Source: Candidatus Pullilachnospira stercoravium (GTDB lineage Bacteria > Bacillota > Clostridia > Lachnospirales > Lachnospiraceae). From it: a stretch of 64,000 nt of DNA. The notes beneath the pieces are model-generated. The model was not told where the DNA came from and did not search any database. It saw only the letters and a program-made list of their open reading frames with translations. This document shows positions 55,421 through 64,000 of this stretch, piece after piece (the first letter of the stretch is position 1; each line of letters opens with the position of its first letter). Made by a program: the position numbers and the translations under genes. Where the stretch lies: positions 4,749 through 68,748 of the forward strand of contig DVON01000292.1 in NCBI GenBank assembly GCA_018713585.1. Direction: 5' to 3'.

Positions 55421-56005
55421 ATGAAATTTCAATGGTTAAATGAAAGTGAGATCACAGAAAAGGATAACAGAATCGAGATCACGGCCCCTGCGAAATCGGA
55501 TTTTTTCCGTGGAAGCGCCGATGAGAGAAATGGCGCCGCGCCGATGATCGCGGAGAACGCGCCTTTTTATTACACGGAGATCGACGGGGATTTTGTGCTG
55601 AAGGTGAGGGTTTCCCTTGAATTTAAAGATACTTATGATTCGGCCTGCGTGATGGTGATGAAGGATATGGGCTGCTGGGCGAAGGTATGCTATGAGCTGA
55701 CGGATTTCGGAACCCGCGCGGCGGTCAGCGTTGTGACGAAAGGGGATTCCGACGATGCCAACGGGTGCAACCTGGAGGGGGATGCGGCATGGCTGAAGGT
55801 GTGCAGAGTGGGAAATCATTTTACCTTCCATTACTCCACGGACGGGGAGCGGTTTTATATGATGCGGTATTTTCATCTTCCGGCGGATCCGGTGATGAAG
55901 GTGGGGCTTCTGGCGCAGGCACCCACCGGGGACGGAGGCGTCCGGATTTTTGAAAATCTCACCATAGAGAAACGGACCGTGGAGAATATCCGGGCGGGAG
56001 AATGA
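55421..56005 (+). CDS. DUF1349-family (concanavalin-like fold) protein
   Basis: The pattern MKFQWLNESE...ITAPAKSDFF...GDFVLKVRV...AGLMV-like, the size (194 aa) and the context in glycoside-utilisation loci all fit the family. Confidence 0.7.
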   Translation: MKFQWLNESEITEKDNRIEITAPAKSDFFRGSADERNGAAPMIAENAPFYYTEIDGDFVLKVRVSLEFKDTYDSACVMVMKDMGCWAKVCYELTDFGTRAAVSVVTKGDSDDANGCNLEGDAAWLKVCRVGNHFTFHYSTDGERFYMMRYFHLPADPVMKVGLLAQAPTGDGGVRIFENLTIEKRTVENIRAGE

Positions 56006-58059
56006 GTGTAGCGGCGGCAAATATGGCAAAGGAGCAGGAAAGAATGGATAAATTATTGTATGGCGTGGCATATTACGATGAATATATGCCCTGTGACCGT
56101 CTGGACAAAGACGTGGAAATGATGAAGGCGGCGGGGATCAATGTGGTGCGGATTGCGGAATCCACCTGGAGTACCTGTGAACCTCAGCCGGGGGTGTTTG
56201 ATTTCAGCCATGTGGTGCGGGTGGTGGACGCCATGGAGGCGGCGGGGATTTCCGTGATTATCGGAACGCCCACCTACGCGGTGCCCACCTGGATGGTGAA
56301 GGCGTACCCGGATGTGCTGGCGGTGACGAAGGAAGGCCGGGGGATTTACGGCGCCCGGCAGATCATGGACATTACGCATCCGGCATACCGGTTTTACTCG
56401 GAGCGGGTGATCCGGGAACTGATGAAGGTGACCGCCCACAGAAAATGCGTCATCGGATTTCAGCTGGACAATGAGACGAAATACTACGGAACCGCGGGCT
56501 CCAATGTGCAGGAGCAGTTTGTGAAATACCTGCGGGAGAAGTTTGACGATGATCTGGAGGCCATGAACGCGGCTTTCGGGCTGGATTACTGGAGCAACCG
56601 GATCAATGCCTGGGAGGATTTCCCGGATGTGAGGGGAACCATCAACGGCAGCCTGGGAGCGGAATTTGAGAAATTCCAGCGGACGCTGGTGGATGAATTT
56701 TTACAGTGGCAGGCGGATATTGTGAAGGAATACGCCCGGCCGGATCAGTTTATCACCCACAACTTTGACTTCGACTGGAAGGGATATTCCTGGGGCGTGC
56801 AGCCCATGGTGAACCATTTCCACGCGGCCCGGGCGCTGACGGTGGCGGGGGTGGATATCTACCATCCCACCCAGGACGATCTCACCGGAGAAGAAATTTC
56901 CTTCGGCGGCGACAGCACCCGTTCCCTGAAAGGGGACAACTATCTGGTGTTGGAGACGGAGGCCCAGGGCTTCCCCTGGTGGACGCCCTACGACGGGCAG
57001 CTGCGGCTTCAGGCCTACAGCCATGTGGCTTCCGGCGCCAATATGGTGGAATACTGGCACTGGCATTCCATCCACAATTCCTTTGAAACCTACTGGAAGG
57101 GGCTTTTGAGCCATGATTTCAAGGAAAATGACACCTACCGGGCGGCAAAAGTGATCGGAAAGGAATTTCAGGAGATCGGCAGCCATCTGGTGAATCTGAA
57201 AAAACACAACCGGGTGGGATTGCTGGTGAGCAACGAGGCGCTGAGCGCCCTCAACTGGTTTCCGGTGGACGGAGCCGTGGGAGGCGCGGGCGATTACAAA
57301 TATAACGATGTGGTCCGCTACGTGTACAACCAGCTGTACCGGCTGAATGTGGGCTGCGATTTCCTGTGGCCGGATTCGGAGAATCTGGAGGATTACGACC
57401 TTCTGGTGGTGCCGGCCCTGTATGCGGCCCCGGAGGAGCTGCTGCTGAGAATCCGCCGGTTCGTGGAGCGGGGCGGCCGGCTGTTTGCCACCTTCAAAAC
57501 CGCCTTTGCCGATGAAAATGTGAAGGTATTTCACGATTCCCAGCCGCATATTCTGGATGAGTGTCTGGGGATCAGCTACAGCCATTTTACCCATCCGAAA
57601 AATGTGCGTCTTACCGGCGAGACCTTCGGCTGTCCGGATAATGAGGTGAAGGTGTTTATGGAACTGGTAAATCCGGAGGGCGCAAAGGTGCTGGCTTCCT
57701 ACGACCACTATAACTGGAAACGGTACGCCGCCGTCACCAGAAATTCTTTCGGAAAGGGCACGGCCACCTATCTGGGCTGTGTGACCAGCGATGGGATGCT
57801 GCGGGAAATCCTGGCGGATGTGCTGCGGGAGGCCGGACTGTGGACGGCGGATCAGGAAGTGGAATTCCCGGTGATTATCAAGCGGGGAACCAACCAGGAC
57901 GGAAAGCAGATCGTGTATTATCTCAATTACTCCGCCAGTGAGCAGACGGTGGCGCACCGGGACGGAGACGGCGTGGAGCTGACGAAAAAAGAGAAGGTGG
58001 CTCAGGGAGATACGCTCACCATCGGATCGTGGGATCTGCGGATTGTGGAATGGGGATGA
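56002..58059 (+). CDS. Second GH42-family beta-galactosidase (paralog of 51079-53127)
   Basis: YGVAYYDEYMP, IGFQLDNE and LETEAQG are present. The first ATG overlaps the DUF1349 stop codon as ATGA. An alternative ATG at 56044 has the better RBS (AAGGAG, 9 nt upstream). Confidence 0.9.
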   Translation: MSVAAANMAKEQERMDKLLYGVAYYDEYMPCDRLDKDVEMMKAAGINVVRIAESTWSTCEPQPGVFDFSHVVRVVDAMEAAGISVIIGTPTYAVPTWMVKAYPDVLAVTKEGRGIYGARQIMDITHPAYRFYSERVIRELMKVTAHRKCVIGFQLDNETKYYGTAGSNVQEQFVKYLREKFDDDLEAMNAAFGLDYWSNRINAWEDFPDVRGTINGSLGAEFEKFQRTLVDEFLQWQADIVKEYARPDQFITHNFDFDWKGYSWGVQPMVNHFHAARALTVAGVDIYHPTQDDLTGEEISFGGDSTRSLKGDNYLVLETEAQGFPWWTPYDGQLRLQAYSHVASGANMVEYWHWHSIHNSFETYWKGLLSHDFKENDTYRAAKVIGKEFQEIGSHLVNLKKHNRVGLLVSNEALSALNWFPVDGAVGGAGDYKYNDVVRYVYNQLYRLNVGCDFLWPDSENLEDYDLLVVPALYAAPEELLLRIRRFVERGGRLFATFKTAFADENVKVFHDSQPHILDECLGISYSHFTHPKNVRLTGETFGCPDNEVKVFMELVNPEGAKVLASYDHYNWKRYAAVTRNSFGKGTATYLGCVTSDGMLREILADVLREAGLWTADQEVEFPVIIKRGTNQDGKQIVYYLNYSASEQTVAHRDGDGVELTKKEKVAQGDTLTIGSWDLRIVEWG

Positions 58060-58092
58060 GAACTGCGTGAGGAAATCAGACGGAGAAATGAA

Positions 58093-58521
58093 GTGGAACT
58101 TGTGAAGAAAATCAACAGAATCGCCACCGTGCTGATCGTAATATCTGCGATTTCGTTTGTGGTTTGTCTGGCAGCGGAATTTCGCTATGAGTTGGTGGGT
58201 ATCCGTTATGTGGAGGTGAACTCTGAAAATGAAGCAATTATTACGGAGATGTTTAAGAAGAATGGGTTTTCCGTGAATGGAGAACTTGACCGGATCGGCT
58301 CCTGGCAGGGTCTGGGGGACTGGACGTTGTATATCTGCTATGAGAACGGGAGCAGCGATACCATCGGATTACTCAGTGACGGCGAAGCTACAGACCTCCA
58401 TGGTTATATCAGTGAAAATGGTTCGGTGGGAGGAAGCCAGAGGGTGATTGTGAAAAATGTTCTCATGGTATCGATGATTGTTCTTATGATGTCCGCTGCG
58501 GTTAAGATTATTTGCCATTGA
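58093..58521 (+). CDS. Hypothetical small membrane protein (TM helices at the N- and C-termini)
   Basis: An ORF with hydrophobic ends (IATVLIVISAISFVVCLAA and VLMVSMIVLMMSAAVKII). No recognisable domain. The start is non-ATG. Confidence 0.5.
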   Translation: MELVKKINRIATVLIVISAISFVVCLAAEFRYELVGIRYVEVNSENEAIITEMFKKNGFSVNGELDRIGSWQGLGDWTLYICYENGSSDTIGLLSDGEATDLHGYISENGSVGGSQRVIVKNVLMVSMIVLMMSAAVKIICH

Positions 58522-58624
58522 AAGGCGCTGATGGAAAAGATAAGCTGATTTTGGACACGGGAAATAACATTTTAAAAATGAAGCAAAACAGGGACTTTCG
58601 GGAAATAGATAGTTCCAAACAGGG

Positions 58625-58658
58625 GCAGGCGTGACTTCTGCGAGTCACGCCTGCTTTT
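58625..58658 (+). terminator. Intrinsic terminator (possibly used from both convergent genes)
   Basis: GCAGGCGTGAC-TTCTGCGA-GTCACGCCTGC followed by TTTT. Confidence 0.78.
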
Positions 58659-58675
58659 GAAATTCTGGTTTGCTG

Positions 58676-60958
58676 TCAGGAATTGCCCTGGCTGGCCCGG
58701 GCCTGCTCGGCTGCATATTCCTGTGCCCTTTTTGTGCCGGGAAAGATCAGTTCACCCGTGGCCTCAAAATTTGCCAGCGCCTGTTCTGTCCTGCTTCCCA
58801 TATTCTGGATTCCCTGCAGGATGGTTTTCATCATCTTGGCGTTCTCCTCGGAAAAATACGGAGCGCCGTCAATATTGAACCACTCGACGAAGGTGTCGAT
58901 GGCCATGGGATTTACCTCTCCGTCCACATGGGCGTTGGCTGCGGCATTTGCCTGCATGCCGATTTCCAGCAGCGAAAGTGCCTTGTTGAGATTGGCTGTC
59001 AGTTTTGCCATTTTTGCAAGATTCTTATGCTCAAGAGACGCGATTTCCAGATATTTTTCCAGAAGATCCCGTACTTCGGCCGATTTGTCGGAGTTTGCCA
59101 GCCGGTTCAGCCGGGTAATCAGTTCCTGAACCATTTGGGTTCCCCTCTGGCTGGTTCCTCCATAGCCGGAGGGTATCGTGCCGGAAGCATTGCTATCGTT
59201 ATCGGAAGAATCGTCTGACGGATCACCTTCGCCGTTATCCTTATTCTGCGCGTCCGCCTTGTCTTTTTCTTTTTGGGCTTCGTCCTTTGTCATCAGGCTT
59301 TCCTCAGCCTGCTGCAGCAGTGCGATGACTTCGTCAATTTCCTGATAAAGGGCTTTCCCGCCGCTGTATGGATACTGGCACTGGTTCCGGAAAAAGTTCA
59401 GACACTGCACGTAAATGTTGTAGAATGGCATCCAGCTTTCTTCCGTATATTCTGCGTTTTTATCCCCACCATAGGTTTCATTCATTTTTCTCAGAAGATT
59501 TTCCAGGTTCCGGGCGCTGACCTGGTGTTTCGTTTCCGCATTTGCCATGTCATTGTCCAGATCTGCGGTTATATAATCCACTTCCTCCTGAGTAGCCTGA
59601 GAATTTCCCAGAACGCTCATCCCGTACTGATAGCTGAACCAGAGGGCGTTGTAGGAATCCTCGGTCAGTTCTTCGGTGGGTTCCTCCCGGTGCGGTTGAA
59701 TATATTCGCTCATGGCTTTCTCTACCAGCTCTGCCAGCTGCTCCTTGTTTACTTCAGGTTCCGGAGTGGGCTGCGGATCGGGCTCCGGTTCCGGGGCTGG
59801 ATCTGGAGTGGGACTCGGCTCCGGGTCAGGTTCCGGGGTGGGTTCGGGTTCCGGTTCAGGATCCGGTTCCGGGATTGGTTCCGGGTCTTTGGGGATCAGA
59901 TGCTGCTGATCCGGGGGGACCGGAGGCGGAGTGCCAAATTCGGACTTATAACTGTCGTAGTCGTACCGGCGGTATCCGTCATGGTAGGTTGCCGCGTAAT
60001 AATTACCCCAGTCGCTCCATTTGTGCTCGACACCTGTGTACCAGTAGCCAAACTCACTCATATCTCCCCATTTCAATACATAAGACAGCCCTCCACCGAA
60101 TACCCAGACCTTTGTACTCCCGGCATCCAGCCACTGCCCGGTTGGTGCAGGATCTCCATCCTGAGGCTTTTGGGTATCATTATCGCCATCACTGTCATCG
60201 CCATCGCCTGGCAGAGGCACATCGGTATTGCCGTCGCTGTCATCGTCGCCCGGAAGAGGCACATCGGTATTGTCATCGTCATCGTCGCCCGGAAGAGGGA
60301 CGTCGGTATCGTCGTCGTTATCATCGTCATCGCCCGGAAGAGGGACGTCGGTATCGTCGTCGTTATCATCGCCATCACCCGGAAGAGGGGCGTCGGTATC
60401 GTCGTCGTTATCATCGCCATCACCCGGAAGAGGGACATCGGTATCGTCGTTGCTGTCATCGTCATCGTCGCCCGGAAGAGGGACATCGGTATTGTCGTCG
60501 CTGTCATCACCATCGCCCGGAAGAGGCACATCGGTACCGTCATCACTGTCATTGCTATCATCCGGAAGAGAGTCATCGGTATTACTATCGTTGTCATTGC
60601 CGGGAAGCGGATCATCAGAAACGCTTCCATTATTCCCCGAACCGCTGCCGTCAGGAATGGACGTGTCGGATCCGCCGGTAGATCCGCTGGTATCCGATCC
60701 GGTGCTGTCATCGGAAGTATTCCGGGGTGTGGCATCTGCCGCTGAAACATTTTGTATGGTTTTCATGATTTCCAATGTGTTTCCGGTATCCGGAACGGAT
60801 GTATCCGCATCGGACGGCAGTGATGCCTCTGCCTGTATTTCGGTATTCTGTGTTCCTGAAGGCGTGTTCTCATTTTCCTGTGCCCATGCTGTCTGAGGAA
60901 TTGCCATGGAGACAGCGAGGAACAAAGCCGCCGGTTTCATGATCCATTTCTTTTTCAT
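58676..60958 (-). CDS. Secreted protein with Asp-rich 15-aa tandem repeats, a W/Y-rich module, a (P-E/D-P) linker and a helical C-terminal domain
   Basis: The signal peptide is MKKKWIMKPAALFLAVSMAIPQTAWA. Repeats of (D/N)TDVPLPGDGDD(S/N)DD follow, then PEPDPEPEPEPTPEPDPEPSP. Confidence 0.72.
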   Translation of the reverse strand: MKKKWIMKPAALFLAVSMAIPQTAWAQENENTPSGTQNTEIQAEASLPSDADTSVPDTGNTLEIMKTIQNVSAADATPRNTSDDSTGSDTSGSTGGSDTSIPDGSGSGNNGSVSDDPLPGNDNDSNTDDSLPDDSNDSDDGTDVPLPGDGDDSDDNTDVPLPGDDDDDSNDDTDVPLPGDGDDNDDDTDAPLPGDGDDNDDDTDVPLPGDDDDNDDDTDVPLPGDDDDDNTDVPLPGDDDSDGNTDVPLPGDGDDSDGDNDTQKPQDGDPAPTGQWLDAGSTKVWVFGGGLSYVLKWGDMSEFGYWYTGVEHKWSDWGNYYAATYHDGYRRYDYDSYKSEFGTPPPVPPDQQHLIPKDPEPIPEPDPEPEPEPTPEPDPEPSPTPDPAPEPEPDPQPTPEPEVNKEQLAELVEKAMSEYIQPHREEPTEELTEDSYNALWFSYQYGMSVLGNSQATQEEVDYITADLDNDMANAETKHQVSARNLENLLRKMNETYGGDKNAEYTEESWMPFYNIYVQCLNFFRNQCQYPYSGGKALYQEIDEVIALLQQAEESLMTKDEAQKEKDKADAQNKDNGEGDPSDDSSDNDSNASGTIPSGYGGTSQRGTQMVQELITRLNRLANSDKSAEVRDLLEKYLEIASLEHKNLAKMAKLTANLNKALSLLEIGMQANAAANAHVDGEVNPMAIDTFVEWFNIDGAPYFSEENAKMMKTILQGIQNMGSRTEQALANFEATGELIFPGTKRAQEYAAEQARASQGNS
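60185..60600 (-). repeat. In-frame ~45-bp tandem repeats (about 9 copies) encoding the Asp-rich DTDVPLPGDGDDNDD units
   Basis: Repeated GGAAGAGG(G/C)AC(G/A)TCGGTAT(C/T)GTCGTCG(T/C)T(A/G)TCATCG(C/T)CATC(A/G)CCC blocks were read directly from the sequence. Confidence 0.85.
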
Positions 60959-60961
60959 CTG

Positions 60962-61546
60962 TCATCCCTCCTTCAGCATAACGGCGAGTGTGGTAAGCAG
61001 CTGGGCTTCCTCCTCGGTCAGCACTCTGTCATTGACGTAACCGGCTATGGAGTAACAGATTCCGTCCGATACGGTACTCAGTACCAGAGAGGTTCCGGAG
61101 GGCTCCTGGCTGGAGTACAGATTTACCAGATAGGTAAGATCTCCCAGCTCTTCGATCCAGGATTCATAAGGAACGATGGTTTGGTTGACCAGCTCCTGAT
61201 AAGCCTTTTGTTCTTCTTCCGACAATTCACCCAGCGAGCCTTCCACGGCCTCGGTTTCTCCGGCGGAAAGGAAAATCCGCAGATCTCCGGCCACAGCAGT
61301 GGCGATTTCTATACCATCCTCATCGAATACCTGAAAATCCATTCCTTCCGGGACAGGCAGTGACAGATCGAAGATTTTCAGCTGAGATCCGTCTTCCGAC
61401 AATTCCGTCTGCATGGAATCCAATTCCGTTTCGGCAGTTTCCTGTTTTTTCTGCTCCGCTGCCCGGACGGAAAAGATTCCCAGACAGCAGAGTCCTCCGC
61501 TGAGGATTGCCGCTGCGCATCCGGCAGCAATAGTTCTTTTTTTCAT
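60962..61546 (-). CDS. Hypothetical exported/membrane-anchored protein, first gene of an operon with the Asp-rich repeat protein
   Basis: The N-terminus is MKKRTIAAGCAAAILSGGLCCLGIFSVRA. The stop codon lies 3 nt before the start of the next gene. Confidence 0.6.
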   Translation of the reverse strand: MKKRTIAAGCAAAILSGGLCCLGIFSVRAAEQKKQETAETELDSMQTELSEDGSQLKIFDLSLPVPEGMDFQVFDEDGIEIATAVAGDLRIFLSAGETEAVEGSLGELSEEEQKAYQELVNQTIVPYESWIEELGDLTYLVNLYSSQEPSGTSLVLSTVSDGICYSIAGYVNDRVLTEEEAQLLTTLAVMLKEG

Positions 61547-61970
61547 GTGCTCACTCCTTTCATTTGGGCATCTTTGCGCCTGATTATGGGTGTATTATAG
61601 CAGGGCGTATTCCGGGAAAATGCAACTTCTTTCCGAGGCTTCGGGGGACAGAAGCGGCAGGCTTAGGGGCCGATACAGAAAATTTATATCCGATGAGTAT
61701 GGCGGAAGTGGAAGTTCAGGTTGGAAACATCAAAGCCTGTCTCGTTTGCGATAAAAAAATGTCGTGAACGTTGAAAAATGGCGCAGAAAATAACGTTTGC
61801 GACGTAATCGCACATTTCGCGACAGAAGGCCAAAATGGAAGAAAATAAATGATACAATTATAATGGAAGTTTTAAAAATTCAGTATAGGCACATATTTAT
61901 TTTGCAAATATGTTGTCTCTATGAAAATGACAGCAGGATTTGTTATTTTGAAAAAACGGGAGGAAGGGAA

Positions 61971-63260
61971 ATGCGTAAGGGATTCGTTGGATTTTTGATA
62001 CTGATTTTCGCGGCGGGATGCAGCGGAAACAATCAGCAGACAGAGGAAATACAGTCAGACCGGAAGACGGAAAATCTGGTGGTCTATACCATGGAGGAGG
62101 ATCTGTATGCTGACCAGGCCGTTGGGAATTTTCAGAAAGCATATCCGGAGACGGAGGTGGAGGTTCGGAAACTCCCATATGACGATCTGGAAGAGCAGAG
62201 AACGGTGATTGCCGCGGAATTTATGGCGGGAGACGGCGGAGATCTGTATTTGAACGCGGATGATTATTTTGACGATTTATACAAAATGCAGGAAAGCGGT
62301 TTGATGGAGGATCTGATGCCGTGGTTTCGGGAAGATCCGGATTTTTCAGAAGAGGACTATGTGGATGGAACCTTTGACCTGTATGAAGATGAGGAAGATT
62401 GTTTTGTGATTCCCATATATAGTGGATTTTCCTATTATTTTCTTTTTAATGACAGGCTGCAGGAGCTGGGTATGGATCCCGCAGAAGCGGAAGATATGGA
62501 GGAAATGATCCGCACGGTGTGGAAATTCTATGAGAAATATCCGGAGGAGACGGCATTTTCCAGCCATTCCCCGTACTATGCGGGGCCGGAGTGGCTGGGC
62601 TTCCGGGTGGCAGAGGGAAATCTGGAGGTTTTTGATTCTCCTGTGCTGAGGCAAATGGAAGAACTGTACAAAAGACAGGTGTATCCGGAAGGCGAATCGA
62701 TCCTCACTTATGATACGGAACAGTCTATGCGGGAGCAGGAAGAAATCCTTCGGGGAGAGCGCTGCTGTCTGGGTAAGTTGGGAGGAATTTTTCAGCTGGA
62801 GGAATATATCCGGATGGGCGGAGAGGAACAAGCGACGATAGCCGGGATTGGAACAGACGGTCCGGCGGTCAGCTGCGACGGGGAGAATTTTATTTCCGCA
62901 GGAAGCGGCAACAAGGAGATGGCCTTTGAACTCCTCAAAATGTATATGGAGGAGGTATTTCATTCTGCAGGCACAACCACGGTAAATAAAGAGACCAACA
63001 GGACGCTGATGGAAAATATCAGAAATCAGTATGGGAGAGATCAGGTGGTGATTGATGAGAAAACGTATCCGGGGCTTACGGAAAAAACGTTTGGGAAACT
63101 GGAAGCGGATCTGGACCGGATGGCGGTATACCCTCAGACAAGTTATGAGGTGAGCGGCAAGTATCGGGAAATGATGGAGCCGTTTTATACGGGAGAAGCT
63201 TCGTTTGACCGGTGTATGGGGGAATTTAAGGAGTATATGGGGATTTATTATTCGGAATAA
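61971..63260 (+). CDS. Lipoprotein resembling an extracellular solute-binding protein (ABC SBP family 1-like)
   Basis: The start MRKGFVGFLILIFAAGCSGN contains a lipobox. LVVYTMEEDLYADQAVGNFQKAYPETEVEVRKLPYDDL resembles the SBP N-lobe. The upstream part of the track ORF is not used. Confidence 0.68.
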   Translation: MRKGFVGFLILIFAAGCSGNNQQTEEIQSDRKTENLVVYTMEEDLYADQAVGNFQKAYPETEVEVRKLPYDDLEEQRTVIAAEFMAGDGGDLYLNADDYFDDLYKMQESGLMEDLMPWFREDPDFSEEDYVDGTFDLYEDEEDCFVIPIYSGFSYYFLFNDRLQELGMDPAEAEDMEEMIRTVWKFYEKYPEETAFSSHSPYYAGPEWLGFRVAEGNLEVFDSPVLRQMEELYKRQVYPEGESILTYDTEQSMREQEEILRGERCCLGKLGGIFQLEEYIRMGGEEQATIAGIGTDGPAVSCDGENFISAGSGNKEMAFELLKMYMEEVFHSAGTTTVNKETNRTLMENIRNQYGRDQVVIDEKTYPGLTEKTFGKLEADLDRMAVYPQTSYEVSGKYREMMEPFYTGEASFDRCMGEFKEYMGIYYSE

Positions 63261-63312
63261 AGAGATTTGCGTGAGATGGCGTTATGGTACGGAGAAAGAA
63301 GGGGGAAGATTC

Positions 63313-64000
63313 ATGAAAAAAAGACTGTTTTATTTTTGTATCGCTATGGGAATTGGACTGACAGGCTGTGGTTCTGCTGATCAGATGTCCGGGGAAGTGG
63401 TGCAGACCAACGATAGTTTGACGATCTGTGCGTTGGACACGGATCAGTATTTGAGCCTGGAGGAACCGCTGGCAGAATACAGGAAGAGATATCCGGATGT
63501 GGAAATTAAGATAAAAACGGTTGCCTTTGACGATTTAGCCAACCAAAAAAAGGAAGTAGCCTCAGAATTGATGGCGGGAGAAGGTGCTGATTTTTATATG
63601 AATCCTGGGAATATTCTGGAGGATGTTTATAAAGCACAGGAAGCGGGAGCTTTTGAGAATCTGATGCCATGGTTCCAGGAGATGGAAGGTTTTTCCGAGG
63701 AAAATTATATGAGTGGAACATTTGATCTTTATGAACATACAGATGCCTGCTATATTTTTCCCTCTACAGTTTCTGCGACGACACTGGCGATTCGCAAGGA
63801 CATGCAGGAGAATCTGGGGATTGATGTAAACAGTTGGTCAAATGCCTCTGATCTGTTGGATACCATAGAAAAATTTTACGAAACATATCCGGAAGAGCAG
63901 CCGTTCCTTGACATGGAAGCATACACAAATTTTCTATATGGTTATGGCTACGATACTTCCGATGGAATGAAAAATGCCGAGATTCTGGATATGCCGGTTT
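63313..64000 (+). CDS. Paralogous SBP-like lipoprotein, 3' end outside the window (not in the ORF track)
   Basis: I translated it by hand: MKKRLFYFCIAMGIGLTGCGSADQ...LTICALDTDQYLSLEEPLAEYRKRYPDVEIKIKTVAFDDL...LMPWFQEMEGFSEENYMSGTFDLYEH. The frame is open to the window end, and the sequence is colinear with and similar to the 61971 product. Confidence 0.7.
   Translation, partial: MKKRLFYFCIAMGIGLTGCGSADQMSGEVVQTNDSLTICALDTDQYLSLEEPLAEYRKRYPDVEIKIKTVAFDDLANQKKEVASELMAGEGADFYMNPGNILEDVYKAQEAGAFENLMPWFQEMEGFSEENYMSGTFDLYEHTDACYIFPSTVSATTLAIRKDMQENLGIDVNSWSNASDLLDTIEKFYETYPEEQPFLDMEAYTNFLYGYGYDTSDGMKNAEILDMPV

Noticed and set aside
59273-60745. 490-aa plus-strand ORF, plus 59875-60681 and 60228-60896
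   Set aside because: These are antisense or out-of-frame readings of the Asp-rich repeat region of the secreted protein gene. The repetitive R/I/V/G peptides are artefacts of the GAT/GAC-rich complement.

Overview
This is a 64-kb chromosomal window from a moderately GC-rich, spore-forming Firmicute. The gene content looks like Clostridia/Lachnospiraceae: spoIID plus an M23 peptidase, glgC/glgD, two rubrerythrins with a PerR-like regulator, a CBS-DHH pyrophosphatase, gdhA, dinB, aroK, murA and rsmA. I support about 47 protein genes. These include a Cd/Zn-type P1B ATPase, an OmpR/HisKA two-component system, three transporters (MFS, MATE, DMT), a LarA-like/2-hydroxyacid dehydrogenase operon under an AraC regulator, a sugar locus with two GH42 beta-galactosidases, and several repeat-rich secreted or surface proteins. 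I found no rRNA, tRNA, CRISPR array or intact transposase/integrase. Five things are not explained by ordinary gene content. (1) An ~0.85-kb head-to-tail array of 16 hairpin units with a 51-53 bp period lies between a GH42 gene and an oxidoreductase gene (53279-54105). It is neither CRISPR nor convincingly coding. (2) A ~2-kb AT-rich, apparently foreign islet (about 7000-9060) carries a decayed AlbA_2/Schlafen-type gene, a ~400-bp GC-rich hairpin-dense non-coding block, an apparently intact adenosine-deaminase-family gene and a 28-codon holin-like toxin ORF that is missing from the ORF track. (3) A dispersed REP/MITE-like repeat family occurs only in intergenic DNA; there are two full ~140-bp copies and at least nine fragments. 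(4) A 43-bp tandem repeat containing GGCCGAATGGCC sits immediately after two stop codons. (5) Palindromic operators lie in front of the metal ATPase and the oxidative-stress genes. Many long ORFs in the track are antisense shadows of GC-rich genes and are rejected.
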